This document shows positions 18,377 through 28,435 of a stretch of DNA of 64,000 bases, piece by piece. Under the pieces are notes generated by a model. It saw only the letters and a list, made by a program, of their open reading frames with translations, did not search any database and was not told the DNA's origin. Position numbers and translations under genes: made by a program. Every line of letters begins with the position of its first letter. The stretch's first letter is position 1. Origin of the DNA: Anaerorhabdus sp. (GTDB lineage: Bacteria; Bacillota_I; Bacilli_A; Erysipelotrichales; Erysipelotrichaceae); NCBI RefSeq assembly GCF_036637135.1, contig NZ_JAVWNC010000003.1, positions 1,024-65,023 of the forward strand, given 5' to 3'.

Positions 18377-19381
18377 GAGTATATGAATTTTATGTTTTTC
18401 GCATTCATCAATCATAGCTTGTGGCCAAGTACTTGCCTGAACCTCACCAACATGAGCTTTATTTAGAAGAAGCATGCATAGGCGAGATTGACCAATACCT
18501 CCACCAATTGTATAAGGTAATTCCTTATTCACAATCATTTTGTGATATGGAAGATTTAAACGATCTAAGCAGTTTGCTTTCTTACATTGTTCAACAATGG
18601 CAGTTTCATCCACACGTATACCCATACTGGATAATTCTAAACCCATTTGTAATGTTTCATGCCAAATGAAGATATCTCCATTTAATGACCAATCATCGTA
18701 GTCAGGAGCTCTACCATCATGAGGTGTACCACTATTCAATGGTTCACCGATTTTCATAATAAAGACACAACCTAATTCTTTTGAAATGGCATTTTCTCTT
18801 TCTTTAGGTGTGAAGTTAGGATATTTATCTTCAAGTTCTTGTGTCGTAATAAAATGAATTTTATTTGGTAAGTGGTTCACTGCGTTAGGATATTTATACC
18901 AAACTTCATGCTCCATGTGCTTAATTACTTTAAAAATATCTTGTACAGTCTGTTTTAGAACATCGATTGTTCTTTCTTCTTTTGAAATAATCTTTTCCCA
19001 ATCCCATTGGTCCACATAGCATGAATGGGTATTATCTACCTCTTCATCACGACGGATAGCGTTCATGTTTGTGTATAAACCTTCGTGCATTTTGAAGTCA
19101 TATTTTTTAAGTGCTAGACGTTTCCATTTCGCAAGGGATTGAACAACCTCTATCTCTTCGTTTGGTAATTCTTTCATATCAAAGCTTACAGGGCGTTCTA
19201 TACCGTTTAAATTATCATTTAAACCAGAACTCTTCTCCACGAATAAAGGCGCTGAAATACGCGATAAACCGAGTACTTTACCTAATTCTTTTTGAAATGT
19301 ATCACGAATATACTTGATAGCTTCTTGCGTTTCTCTCACTGATAAGACAGGATCATAGTTTTCTGGAATATATAATTTCAT
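18374..19381 (-). CDS. asnA: Aspartate-ammonia ligase (asparagine synthetase A)
   Basis: AsnA-type class II synthetase-like sequence: [34 protein letters not shown]. Confidence 0.9.
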   Translation of the reverse strand: MKLYIPENYDPVLSVRETQEAIKYIRDTFQKELGKVLGLSRISAPLFVEKSSGLNDNLNGIERPVSFDMKELPNEEIEVVQSLAKWKRLALKKYDFKMHEGLYTNMNAIRRDEEVDNTHSCYVDQWDWEKIISKEERTIDVLKQTVQDIFKVIKHMEHEVWYKYPNAVNHLPNKIHFITTQELEDKYPNFTPKERENAISKELGCVFIMKIGEPLNSGTPHDGRAPDYDDWSLNGDIFIWHETLQMGLELSSMGIRVDETAIVEQCKKANCLDRLNLPYHKMIVNKELPYTIGGGIGQSRLCMLLLNKAHVGEVQASTWPQAMIDECEKHKIHIL

Positions 19382-19502
19382 ATTGAATACCTCACATAAT
19401 CATTAATTATATATGATTTAATCAGTATCGTGAAGAAAAAGTTCTATCCTACTGCATAAGATAAGGGATTATGATACAATACTGTCGGAAAGTAGGTAGG
19501 TT

Positions 19503-20804
19503 ATGAAAATAGGAATTATATCATTAGGATGCTGTAAAAACTTAGTCGATACGGAAAACTTAATTGGAATGCTTCAACAATCCAATCAAGAAATTACATA
19601 TAACTTAAATGAAGCAGAAGCAATAATTGTCAATACTTGTGGATTTATTGATCCAGCTAAAGAAGAAGGAATTAATACAATTCTGGAAATGGCTGAATAT
19701 AAAGGAAAGAAGTGTAAAAAATTAATCGTGATGGGATGTTTGTCTGAACGTTACTATGATCAATTAGTAGAGGAATTACCGGAAGTTGATTGTTTTATTA
19801 CCCTTAAGCAATACAATCAATTAGGACCTATTCTTACCGAAGTATTGGGTGAAAAGATTGCCAATGATTATGGCAAATGTCCACAAGTACTTACAGGTAA
19901 ACCGTGGATGGCATACTTGAAGATTGCGGATGGCTGTGATAATCGTTGTTCATACTGTGCGATTCCACTAATTCGCGGAGGGTATCGTTCATTTGATATT
20001 GAAGTTTTAGTTGAACAAGCTAAAGAACTTGCGAAACGTGGAGTTAAGGAATTAAATCTAATTGCACAAGATACAACACGTTATGGATTAGATAACTATG
20101 GGGAAAGACGCTTGTTGGAATTATTGAAACGATGTAATGAAATTGAAGGGCTTCACTGGATTCGAGTACTTTATATGTATCCTGATGAAATTGATTATGA
20201 GTTAATTGAAGGTATGGCAAAGCTTGAAAAGGTATTACCTTACTTCGATATACCAGTTCAACATGGTTCAAATCGTATGTTGAGTATCATGAATCGTCGA
20301 GGCACTAGTGAAAGTATCATAGATTTAGTCAATAAAATTAGAGAAACGTATCCATTACCCGCTTTGCGTACGACGATGATTGTAGGATTCCCAACAGAAA
20401 CATTGGAAGATGTAGACATGAATCTAGAATTTATGAAAACGATCAAATGGGATCGTTTAGGTGGATTTACATATTCTAAAGAAGAAGATACTCCATCATA
20501 TGAGATGGTAGATGATGTAACACAAGAAGAAAAAGAAAGACGATATGAATTGATGATGAAACTTCAAGAAGAGATTGTTGAAGCTAAGAATCAAGAATTG
20601 ATTGGTAAAACACTAGAAGTACTTGTGGAAAAACAAGATGGGCTTACTGGTTTTTATCGCGGTAGAAGTGTTTTTAGTGCTCCGGATGGTATTGATGGGG
20701 AAGTTATATTTAAGAGTGAAACACCCATTGAATTTGGAACTTTTGTACCTGTAACGATTAATAGAATCAAAGCACACGATTTTTATGGGAATTGCATGAA
20801 GTAG
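19503..20804 (+). CDS. rimO: Ribosomal protein S12 methylthiotransferase RimO
   Basis: UPF0004 N-terminal domain (LGCCKN...NTCGFI), radical-SAM CDNRCSYC, C-terminal TRAM domain. Confidence 0.9.
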   Translation: MKIGIISLGCCKNLVDTENLIGMLQQSNQEITYNLNEAEAIIVNTCGFIDPAKEEGINTILEMAEYKGKKCKKLIVMGCLSERYYDQLVEELPEVDCFITLKQYNQLGPILTEVLGEKIANDYGKCPQVLTGKPWMAYLKIADGCDNRCSYCAIPLIRGGYRSFDIEVLVEQAKELAKRGVKELNLIAQDTTRYGLDNYGERRLLELLKRCNEIEGLHWIRVLYMYPDEIDYELIEGMAKLEKVLPYFDIPVQHGSNRMLSIMNRRGTSESIIDLVNKIRETYPLPALRTTMIVGFPTETLEDVDMNLEFMKTIKWDRLGGFTYSKEEDTPSYEMVDDVTQEEKERRYELMMKLQEEIVEAKNQELIGKTLEVLVEKQDGLTGFYRGRSVFSAPDGIDGEVIFKSETPIEFGTFVPVTINRIKAHDFYGNCMK

Positions 20805-20833
20805 AACTTTGAGAAATCAAAGTTTTTCTTTTG
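20805..20833 (+). terminator. rimO terminator
   Basis: Stem AACTTTGA/TCAAAGTT with loop GAAA, then a T run. Confidence 0.7.
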
Positions 20834-20908
20834 CATAAAACGTTTGTAAGCCTTTTCTTTTTGTTTTAAAAACTCTATAATAATGAATATATACTAAAGG
20901 AGATATGC

Positions 20909-21808
20909 ATGAAAACAGTTATCGGAATCGATTTAGGCGGTACAAATGTACGTATTGCAAAAGTTAGTGACTCTGGAGAAGTACTACAAGAGTTAAAAAG
21001 TCCTTCTTATGGATTAGAAGGGCCTGAAAAGGTTGTACCTAACATTATTTCATTAATTAAGCAAATTGACGGTTATAAAGACTGTGTAGGTATTGGAATT
21101 GGTGTTCCAGGACCTGTAGATACAGTAAATAAAGTCATGAAATTATCTAGTAATTTAACTGGATTCACAGATTATCCAATGGCTAAAATGATTGAAGAAG
21201 CAACGGGATTACCTACATTTATGGATAATGACGCTAATTGTGCAGGTCTTGCTGAGGCGATTATTGGTGCAGGAAAATTATATCCAATTGTTTATTACAC
21301 AACTGTTTCTACTGGAATTGGTGGAGCACTTATTGTGAATGGTAAATTGGTTTCAGGTAAATCTGGGTATGCGGGTGAAGTAGGGAATTTAATTGTTGAT
21401 CCATATCGCGAACCATTTAATAATTTAAATCCAGGAGCTTCTGAGAGTGAAGCGAGTGGACGTGCACTTACACGTAAAGGACAAGAAATTTTTGGCGATA
21501 AGATTCAAAGTGCGAGAGACGTATTTGAATTATATGTTGAAGGTGATGCGGAAGCTAAGAAATTAGTTGATCAGATGACAACAGATCTTGCGATTATGTA
21601 TAGTCATATTGCGCATATCGTAGACCCACATATTTTTGTAATCGGTGGTGGCGTTATGAAATCAAAGGATATTTGGTTACCAATCATGCAAGAAAAATTC
21701 AAAAACTATGTACATAAAGGTATGAGAGACGTAATTTTCACCGAAGCTGAATGTAGTGAACCTGGAATTTTAGGTGCAGCAATGTTACCGATTTCCAATG
21801 GTTTATAG
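20909..21808 (+). CDS. ROK-family sugar kinase (glucokinase-like) lacking the Cys zinc motif
   Basis: N-terminal IGIDLGGTNVR and DNDANCAGLAE are present. GYAGEVGN is followed by no CxCGxxGC motif. Confidence 0.75.
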   Translation: MKTVIGIDLGGTNVRIAKVSDSGEVLQELKSPSYGLEGPEKVVPNIISLIKQIDGYKDCVGIGIGVPGPVDTVNKVMKLSSNLTGFTDYPMAKMIEEATGLPTFMDNDANCAGLAEAIIGAGKLYPIVYYTTVSTGIGGALIVNGKLVSGKSGYAGEVGNLIVDPYREPFNNLNPGASESEASGRALTRKGQEIFGDKIQSARDVFELYVEGDAEAKKLVDQMTTDLAIMYSHIAHIVDPHIFVIGGGVMKSKDIWLPIMQEKFKNYVHKGMRDVIFTEAECSEPGILGAAMLPISNGL

Positions 21809-21821
21809 GGAAGTGAAATGA

Positions 21822-23051
21822 ATGGATAACCGTTATCAAAAGTATGCGGAACTTGCCATAAAACAAGGAGTAAATATTCAAAAGGGACAAATGTTAGTGA
21901 TTAGCGCACCCGTTGAAGCATTTGAATTTGTTCGTCTATGTACCCTTGAAGCATATAAAGTTGGAGCATCAATTGTGGATGTTGTTTGGAATGATGATTT
22001 AATTACAAAATTGCACTATGAGCATGTAGAAACAGATTTACTTAAAAAAGTTTCACCTTGGGAAATTGAACGTCGTAAAGAAGCAGTTGATGCAAAATGC
22101 GCATTCTTGAATATACGTAGTAGTATTCCGGGTAATTTAAAACACATTGATCCAAATAAGCTACAAGAAGTGAATTTAGAAGTATCAAAAGCAATGGAAC
22201 CTTTCCGTTACTACACAATGTCAAATGTAGGACAATGGTCTATTGTTGCGCTTCCAAATGTTACTTGGGCAGAAACAATTTTCAAGAATCTAAAAGGCGA
22301 AGAAGCAGCTACTGCATTAAGAGATGCCATATTTAAATCAGTTCGAATTACTGAAGATAATGATCCAGTAAAAGAGTGGGATGAACATAATCTAGAATTA
22401 CGTAAACACAATGACACATTAAATAACTATAACTTTAAATCACTCCATTTCCAAAATGGAATCGGAACAGATTTAGTTGTAGGATTAGTTGAAAACCATA
22501 TTTGGGCTGGTGGATGCGACCCAACTTTAGGGGGTATTGAATTTAATCCAAATATGCCAACTGAAGAAACATTCACGACACCACTTCGTACAGGAGTTAA
22601 TGGTATTGTGTATGGAACAAAACCACTAAACTATCAAGGAAAGTTAATTGAAAACTTTTGGATTAAGTTTAAAGATGGAAAAGCAGTGGAATATCATGCA
22701 GAAAAACAAGAAGATGCGTTATCAAATTTAATCAATCTAGATGAAGGATCTTGTTATTTAGGTGAAGTTGCCCTAATTTCTCATGATTCTCCTATCTCGA
22801 ATATGAATATTTTATTCTATGACACGTTGTTTGATGAGAATGCCTCTTGTCATTTAGCACTAGGCGCAGCATATTCAAACAATATTAAAAATGGAGAAAA
22901 CATGACTAAAGAAGAATTACTTGCGCATGGATGTAATGTTTCTATGGCTCACTCCGATTTCATGTTTGGTAGTAGTGATATGAATATTGTGGGAACGACT
23001 CATGATAATCAAGAGATTCAAATCTTTAAAGATGGAAATTTCTGTATATAA
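21822..23051 (+). CDS. Aminopeptidase, M29 (AmpS/PepS) family
   Basis: The N-terminus YAELAIKQGVNIQKGQ and the ...HLALG...HSDFMFG... pattern are typical of thermophilic-metalloprotease M29 aminopeptidases. Confidence 0.85.
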   Translation: MDNRYQKYAELAIKQGVNIQKGQMLVISAPVEAFEFVRLCTLEAYKVGASIVDVVWNDDLITKLHYEHVETDLLKKVSPWEIERRKEAVDAKCAFLNIRSSIPGNLKHIDPNKLQEVNLEVSKAMEPFRYYTMSNVGQWSIVALPNVTWAETIFKNLKGEEAATALRDAIFKSVRITEDNDPVKEWDEHNLELRKHNDTLNNYNFKSLHFQNGIGTDLVVGLVENHIWAGGCDPTLGGIEFNPNMPTEETFTTPLRTGVNGIVYGTKPLNYQGKLIENFWIKFKDGKAVEYHAEKQEDALSNLINLDEGSCYLGEVALISHDSPISNMNILFYDTLFDENASCHLALGAAYSNNIKNGENMTKEELLAHGCNVSMAHSDFMFGSSDMNIVGTTHDNQEIQIFKDGNFCI

Positions 23052-23075
23052 CCTCATTTTATGAGGTTTTTATTT
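23050..23075 (+). terminator. Terminator
   Basis: Stem AACCTCAT/ATGAGGTT followed by TTTTATTT. Confidence 0.7.
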
Positions 23076-23136
23076 GACTTCATGATTTACTTTAGCTATT
23101 CTATTTAGTGATGTATAATGAATTTAGGTGATTACG

Positions 23137-24618
23137 ATGTATCATATATCAGATGTAAAAAAATATTTAAGATGTCCAAAATTATTTTGGTTGAGTCATT
23201 ATGAAAAATCTCTCCCATTTAATTCATATGTTCGTCTTGATGAAGCTGTAACAACTTTAGCTTGTGAGAAACTAGGAGTTACAGATTGTTTTTTAGGTGC
23301 TCGTGGCGATGAAGCGAGTAAAGCCCTTTTAGCGATGAATGACAATGAATGGATTGTTAAAGGAAGATTTGAAGCGAAACAATTACGTGCAAAAATACCA
23401 TTCCTCCATAAAACAAACAATGGGTGGGATGTCTATTTCTTATTTTGTGGTAATCGTCCAAAAGATGATGACATGAATTTTTATTGCAGTAGTATTTGGG
23501 TATTAGAAGAAAATGATATTAAAATCAATCAAATCTATATCTTACACTTTGATGAAAACTATGTTCGTTCAGATGAGTTAGATCCACATCAACTATTCCA
23601 AATTACGGCGGATTTTTTCAATGATAAAGGAAATCCGAGTAAAAATGTAAAGGATACAATCTTTAAGCGGTTACGTAATTTAGAAGATATCCTTAACGGC
23701 ATGGATGAAGTACTTCAATTAGATAAAGTAGAATGTACACGTCAAAATAAATGTACGAAAAAGAATAAGTGTCGTTTCTACGACAAGTGTTTTCCTAATG
23801 AAATAGAAGTTGAGGCAGATTCAATTTTAACATTGGTTTCTTCTCAACATAAATATGACATGCATCACGAAGGAAGACTCAAACTAAAAGATGTTGACTT
23901 GGAACGAATTGAAGGTTCAAGGCAACAATTTGCACAAATTCGTGCAAGTCAAAATGATGGACTTTATGTAGATTATTATTCACTTAAGATTTGGATTGAG
24001 AAAATTAAATTTCCAATCACTTTCTTGGATTTTGAATGGGAGACTTATGCAATTCCACCATTTAAGGGAATGAAACCATATGATGTATTACCATTCGAAT
24101 ATTCTATTCATATTCTCTATGAAGATGGAACAATCGAACATAAAGAATACTTAGGTACTCGAGATTGTCGTAGACATCTTGCGGAGAACTTAATGAAAGA
24201 TATTCCTGCAAATGGAACTATTGTTGCCTATAATGCTGAAGGTGCAGAGAAAATACGATTAAAAGAAATGGCTGCACAATTTCCTGAATATGCAAAAGAG
24301 TTAATGATTCTCTATAAGCGATTAGTTGACTTAGCTTTTCCATTTGTGATTGGTACAGTGTATGATGTAAGAATGCGTGGATATTATTCGTTGAAAGTAT
24401 TAATGTCATTAATGGAAAATCAAAGTGGTTATCAAGATTTAGATATTCACCAAGGGATGGATGCGGTATTCCAATGGCGTTTATTGGATCAAGAAAATGA
24501 TGATGTTGATCCTGAGGCAATTAGAAATCATTTAATTGAATATTGTAGTATGGATACATATGCAATGGTAGTGGTATATAAATGGTTGATGAGTTTAGTC
24601 GATAATTATGAAAAATAA
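23137..24618 (+). CDS. DUF2779-like protein: Cas4/RecB-type N-terminal nuclease with Cys cluster plus C-terminal DEDD-like exonuclease domain
   Basis: ATG 23137 lies 6 nt after AGGTGA. An N-terminal Cys (YLRCPKLFW) plus CTRQNKCTKKNKCRFYDKC resembles the Cas4/AddB 4-Cys arrangement. The C-terminal half has FLDFEWET, YNAEGAEK and CSMDTYAM acidic motifs. Confidence 0.6.
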   Translation: MYHISDVKKYLRCPKLFWLSHYEKSLPFNSYVRLDEAVTTLACEKLGVTDCFLGARGDEASKALLAMNDNEWIVKGRFEAKQLRAKIPFLHKTNNGWDVYFLFCGNRPKDDDMNFYCSSIWVLEENDIKINQIYILHFDENYVRSDELDPHQLFQITADFFNDKGNPSKNVKDTIFKRLRNLEDILNGMDEVLQLDKVECTRQNKCTKKNKCRFYDKCFPNEIEVEADSILTLVSSQHKYDMHHEGRLKLKDVDLERIEGSRQQFAQIRASQNDGLYVDYYSLKIWIEKIKFPITFLDFEWETYAIPPFKGMKPYDVLPFEYSIHILYEDGTIEHKEYLGTRDCRRHLAENLMKDIPANGTIVAYNAEGAEKIRLKEMAAQFPEYAKELMILYKRLVDLAFPFVIGTVYDVRMRGYYSLKVLMSLMENQSGYQDLDIHQGMDAVFQWRLLDQENDDVDPEAIRNHLIEYCSMDTYAMVVVYKWLMSLVDNYEK

Positions 24619-24694
24619 CTGAACAATGATGTATTGATATACCAAACTCGCAGCGAATCATTTATAATGTAATTAAGAAGAGGAGGTTTCGAGT

Positions 24695-25222
24695 ATGAGA
24701 TTTGAAATCGTTGGACAACATGTTAGTATCACAGATGGAATGAGAGCGAAAATTGAAAATAAATTATCATTCCTAGACAAGTATTTCTTAATTGATGAAG
24801 ACACAATTGCACGTGTTGTTGTGAAAATCTATCCGACAACTCAAAAAATAGAGGTGACAATTCCAAGCAAAATTGGATTGTTACGTGCAGAAGTCGAGCA
24901 TGAAGATTTATATGCTGCAATCGACTTGGCGATTGATAAACTAGAAGATCAAATTCGTCGTCAAAAAACAAGATTATCACGTAAACACAAAGATAAACTT
25001 GCGATGAGTTTTATTGAAATTGATGAAGAAAAATTAAGCACAGGAGACATTCCTGTAAAGACGAAAACAATTCAAGCAAAATCGATGGATTTAGAAGAAG
25101 CAATTCTTCAAATGGAAATGTTAGGACATAGTTTCTTTATCTACACAGATACTGAAACTGAAACAATTAGTGTTGTTTACCGTCGTAATAACGGTGGATA
25201 TGGTTTAATTGAAACAGAATAA
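24695..25222 (+). CDS. hpf: Ribosome hibernation promoting factor (long HPF)
   Basis: S30AE N-terminal domain with a C-terminal dimerisation domain (MDLEEAILQMEMLGHSFFIY...VVYRRNNGGYGLIE). Confidence 0.92.
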   Translation: MRFEIVGQHVSITDGMRAKIENKLSFLDKYFLIDEDTIARVVVKIYPTTQKIEVTIPSKIGLLRAEVEHEDLYAAIDLAIDKLEDQIRRQKTRLSRKHKDKLAMSFIEIDEEKLSTGDIPVKTKTIQAKSMDLEEAILQMEMLGHSFFIYTDTETETISVVYRRNNGGYGLIETE

Positions 25223-25230
25223 ATAAATGA

Positions 25231-25260
25231 AAAGGATGTTCGTATTTGAACATCCTTTTT
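25231..25260. terminator. Bidirectional terminator
   Basis: Stem GGATGTTC/GAACATCC, flanked by AAA and TTTTT. Confidence 0.8.
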
Positions 25261-25921
25261 ACATGCCTAAGTAATTTAATAAATTGAATAAGAACAATAC
25301 AAATCCAAAACTAATCATTCCAGGTAAGAATGAGTGTGTTTGGTTGTACAAATAAGAAATAATAACTGTAATTATAAAATAAAACAAATAACCTTTTAGC
25401 CAAGCAATTACATCAAATGGTATATACGTAACCGTAAATAATAATGCGAATAGAAATCCTGACAATAGAATTACAACAGCTTCTGCATGTTTTAACTTCA
25501 AACGATCTGTAACACATTTGAATACAAGAACATAATTCATAGCGAAGACAAATGTATTAACCAAGAAGATTGGAATAATAAACCATGTGAATGAAGATAG
25601 GATTTCAGGATCAATAAATGGTAAGAATGCTTTTAAGTAAGTATGATTAGCCCAAACAATAAATGATAAAACTAAAATACCAAGAATAGTAAAGAAGGTT
25701 GCTTCTTTAGAATCATCTTTAAATCGCTTGCCATGAATTTCGAGTAAATCCCAGTTCTGAATCATTAATAGTAAACCAGAAAGACTTACGGTAAAAGTAT
25801 ATGCAATTAATTGATTTTGTATAACCATATTTATCAATGGTGAAAAAATGGGGACGATAAGAAAGAAACAAATTGATAATATGATTCGGCTATAGGGTAA
25901 AGTTGTAGACTGATTACTCAT
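25259..25921 (-). CDS. Polytopic membrane protein, possibly a degenerate CPBP (Abi)-like fold
   Basis: About 7 TM segments. The layout resembles CPBP proteases, but the expected EExxxR, FxxxH and HxxxN motifs read NYVLVFK, FALLF and FGFVLFLFN (alignment by eye). Confidence 0.4.
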   Translation of the reverse strand: MSNQSTTLPYSRIILSICFFLIVPIFSPLINMVIQNQLIAYTFTVSLSGLLLMIQNWDLLEIHGKRFKDDSKEATFFTILGILVLSFIVWANHTYLKAFLPFIDPEILSSFTWFIIPIFLVNTFVFAMNYVLVFKCVTDRLKLKHAEAVVILLSGFLFALLFTVTYIPFDVIAWLKGYLFYFIITVIISYLYNQTHSFLPGMISFGFVLFLFNLLNYLGM

Positions 25922-26076
25922 AATCTAACCCCCTTCGAGTGTACTTGAAAATTATATCAAGAAAGCAATAAAAATCAAGCCACAATATAGGTGAGAAAAA
26001 AATAGTATCTATAGTTACGAGAGAAATGGATGGTTTTAGTGAAATTTGTCATATAAATGGATTAGGAGGATACAGG

Positions 26077-26403
26077 ATGCTTACTAAAACATGGAGTGAT
26101 AAAGAAAAAATTACATTTATAACCTTTTTAGCGAAAGGATATATGAATTCGATGAGACGAGTTCACTTATATCGTATTTTTGGTGTGCAAGAAGGGCATA
26201 TGCAATACGAGGGGGAATTAGGCTCACTGTATTTAGTGGATTCTGCATTACGATTATGTAGTTCAACAAGTGAGTTTATTTTAAGAAATGAGTTTTTTGG
26301 ATATTCAAAACCAAACTGGTATCGTGATTATTATTCGAAAAGTAGTTTTTATCGACTTAAAAAGCAAGCAATTGATGAATTTATTGATTGTCTTAACCTC
26401 TAA
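26077..26403 (+). CDS. Small hypothetical protein (108 aa) with a possible C-terminal HTH/sigma-region-4-like helix
   Basis: ATG 26077 lies 6 nt after AGGAGGA. The C-terminus SFYRLKKQAIDEFIDCL is reminiscent of small sigma-like/ArpU-like regulators. No firm family assignment. Confidence 0.45.
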   Translation: MLTKTWSDKEKITFITFLAKGYMNSMRRVHLYRIFGVQEGHMQYEGELGSLYLVDSALRLCSSTSEFILRNEFFGYSKPNWYRDYYSKSSFYRLKKQAIDEFIDCLNL

Positions 26404-26434
26404 AAAATGATAAAATCTCCGTGAGGTGTGAGAC

Positions 26435-26662
26435 ATGGAGACATTCAACACAATTAAAAGTTACCTTGAAAAATCAATAGATAAGAGATGTGAAATCAAG
26501 GAAGAAACAACTTTTGAAGAATTAGGGCTAGATTCTTTCGGGGTTGTTGATTTTGCGCTTGGCTTGGAAGAAGCATTGGGGATTACTTTTTTTGATGAAG
26601 AATTACATGATATTAACACTATCAAAGATATGGCTGATATAGTAGATCGTCATATAATTTAA
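26435..26662 (+). CDS. Acyl/peptidyl carrier protein (ACP/DltC-like)
   Basis: 75 aa, acidic, with the phosphopantetheine attachment motif LGLDSFGVVDFALGLEEAL. Confidence 0.75.
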   Translation: METFNTIKSYLEKSIDKRCEIKEETTFEELGLDSFGVVDFALGLEEALGITFFDEELHDINTIKDMADIVDRHII

Positions 26663-26674
26663 GGAGGGATATCT

Positions 26675-28381
26675 ATGTTGAAAGGTATTGCAGCATCATC
26701 GGGAGTAGCAATTGCAAAGGTTTATAAATTGCAACAACCTGAGCTTAAAATTGAAAAAGTACAAAGTTCTTCGGACGAAGAAATTGCAAAGCTAGAAAAA
26801 GCGTTTGAAAAAACAATCGCAGACATTGAAGTAATCAAAGCAAGAGCAGCAGGTAACTTATCTGAAGAAGAATTAGCTATCTTTGATGCCCATTTGATGA
26901 TGGCAAATGACCCAGAATTAAAAGGTCAAATCGAAGAAATGATTAAATCAGAAGGTATTAATGCTGAATATGCTACTGAACAAGTAGCTAACATGATGGT
27001 TGGTATGTTTGAAAGTATGGATGACGCATATTTCAAAGAAAGAGCAGCTGATGTTAAGGATGTTACTTTCCGCCTACAATGTAATCTTGCTGGCGCAATC
27101 ATCCCTGATTTAACAACTATAAATGAAGAAGTAATTATTGTTGCAGAAGATTTAACACCTTCTGATACAGCACAATTAAATAAAAAATATACACTAGGTT
27201 TCGCTACTGCAATTGGTGGTAGAACTTCACATTCAGCTATTATGGCTAGAAGTTTAGAAATTCCAGCGGTTGTAGGATGTGGCGTAATCATGGAAGAAGC
27301 TAAACAAGGAGATATACTTATCCTTGACGCTATTGATGGCGTAGTTATTCTAAATCCATCTCAAGATCAAATCGATGAATACAGTGCTAAACGCGCTAAA
27401 TTTAGCGAAGAAAAAGAAGCTCTTAAAATTTTAATTAATGAAAAGAGTGTTACATTAGATGGTCATGAAGTTGAACTTGCAGGTAATATTGGTACACCAA
27501 AAGATGTTGTTGGTGTTCTTGCAAATGGTGGAGAAGGGGTTGGTTTATACCGTACAGAATTCTTGTACATGGATAGCGAATCTGATTTCCCAACAGAAGA
27601 TGAACAATTTGAGGCTTATAAAACAGTTTTAGAAGCAATGGATGGTAAGAAAGTAGTTATTCGTACTTTGGATATTGGTGGAGATAAGAAATTAAGCTAC
27701 TTCACATTCCCTGAAGAAATGAATCCTTTCTTAGGATACCGTGCTATTCGTCTATGTTTAGACAGAACAGATATCTTTAGAACTCAATTACGTGCATTAA
27801 TTCGTGCGAGTGCTTATGGACGTCTATGTATTATGTTCCCAATGATCGCAACTTTAAAAGAATTTAGAGCTGCAAAAGAGTTATTCAATGAAGAAAAAGC
27901 TAAATTGATTGCTGAAGGCGTTAAAATTGGTGAAAAAATTGAAGTTGGTATCATGGTTGAAATTCCAGCTGCAGCAGTTCTTGCTGATCAATTTGCTAAA
28001 GAAGCTGATTTCTTCTCAATCGGGACAAACGATTTAGTACAATATTCAATGGCTGCAGATAGAATGAGTGAAAAAGTATCATATCTATACCAACCTATGA
28101 ACCCATCATTATTACGTCTTATCAAGATGGCTATCGATGGAGCTCATAAAGAAGGTAAATGGTGTGGTATGTGTGGAGAAATGGCAGGGGATGAACTTGC
28201 TGCTCCAGTATTGCTAGGACTTGGTCTTGATGAATTCTCAATGAGTGCTTCAAGTATTCTTCGTGCTCGTAAGATGATTCGTTCATTAAAGAAATCTGAT
28301 ATGGAAGAACTTGCTGCTAAAGCACTTGCAAGTGAAACTATGGAAGATGTCGTTGAACTAGTGAAAAATAGTTTAAAATAA
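26675..28381 (+). CDS. ptsI: Phosphoenolpyruvate-protein phosphotransferase (PTS enzyme I)
   Basis: Active-site His region [24 protein letters not shown]-binding domain LYRTEFLY and GTNDLVQY, and CGEMAGD. Confidence 0.95.
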   Translation: MLKGIAASSGVAIAKVYKLQQPELKIEKVQSSSDEEIAKLEKAFEKTIADIEVIKARAAGNLSEEELAIFDAHLMMANDPELKGQIEEMIKSEGINAEYATEQVANMMVGMFESMDDAYFKERAADVKDVTFRLQCNLAGAIIPDLTTINEEVIIVAEDLTPSDTAQLNKKYTLGFATAIGGRTSHSAIMARSLEIPAVVGCGVIMEEAKQGDILILDAIDGVVILNPSQDQIDEYSAKRAKFSEEKEALKILINEKSVTLDGHEVELAGNIGTPKDVVGVLANGGEGVGLYRTEFLYMDSESDFPTEDEQFEAYKTVLEAMDGKKVVIRTLDIGGDKKLSYFTFPEEMNPFLGYRAIRLCLDRTDIFRTQLRALIRASAYGRLCIMFPMIATLKEFRAAKELFNEEKAKLIAEGVKIGEKIEVGIMVEIPAAAVLADQFAKEADFFSIGTNDLVQYSMAADRMSEKVSYLYQPMNPSLLRLIKMAIDGAHKEGKWCGMCGEMAGDELAAPVLLGLGLDEFSMSASSILRARKMIRSLKKSDMEELAAKALASETMEDVVELVKNSLK

Positions 28382-28390
28382 GTTAAAATA

Positions 28391-28422
28391 AGAGTGTGAG
28401 TGTTCACACTCTTTCTTTTTTT
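28391..28422 (+). terminator. ptsI terminator
   Basis: Stem AGAGTGTGA/TCACACTCT followed by TTCTTTTTTT. Confidence 0.8.
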
Positions 28423-28435
28423 GAGGAGAATTCAA

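Noticed and set aside
19382-19502. Looked for a T-box or other leader upstream of asnA
   Set aside because: The intergenic region is only about 120 nt, is shared with the rimO promoter, and contains no T-box core or terminator.
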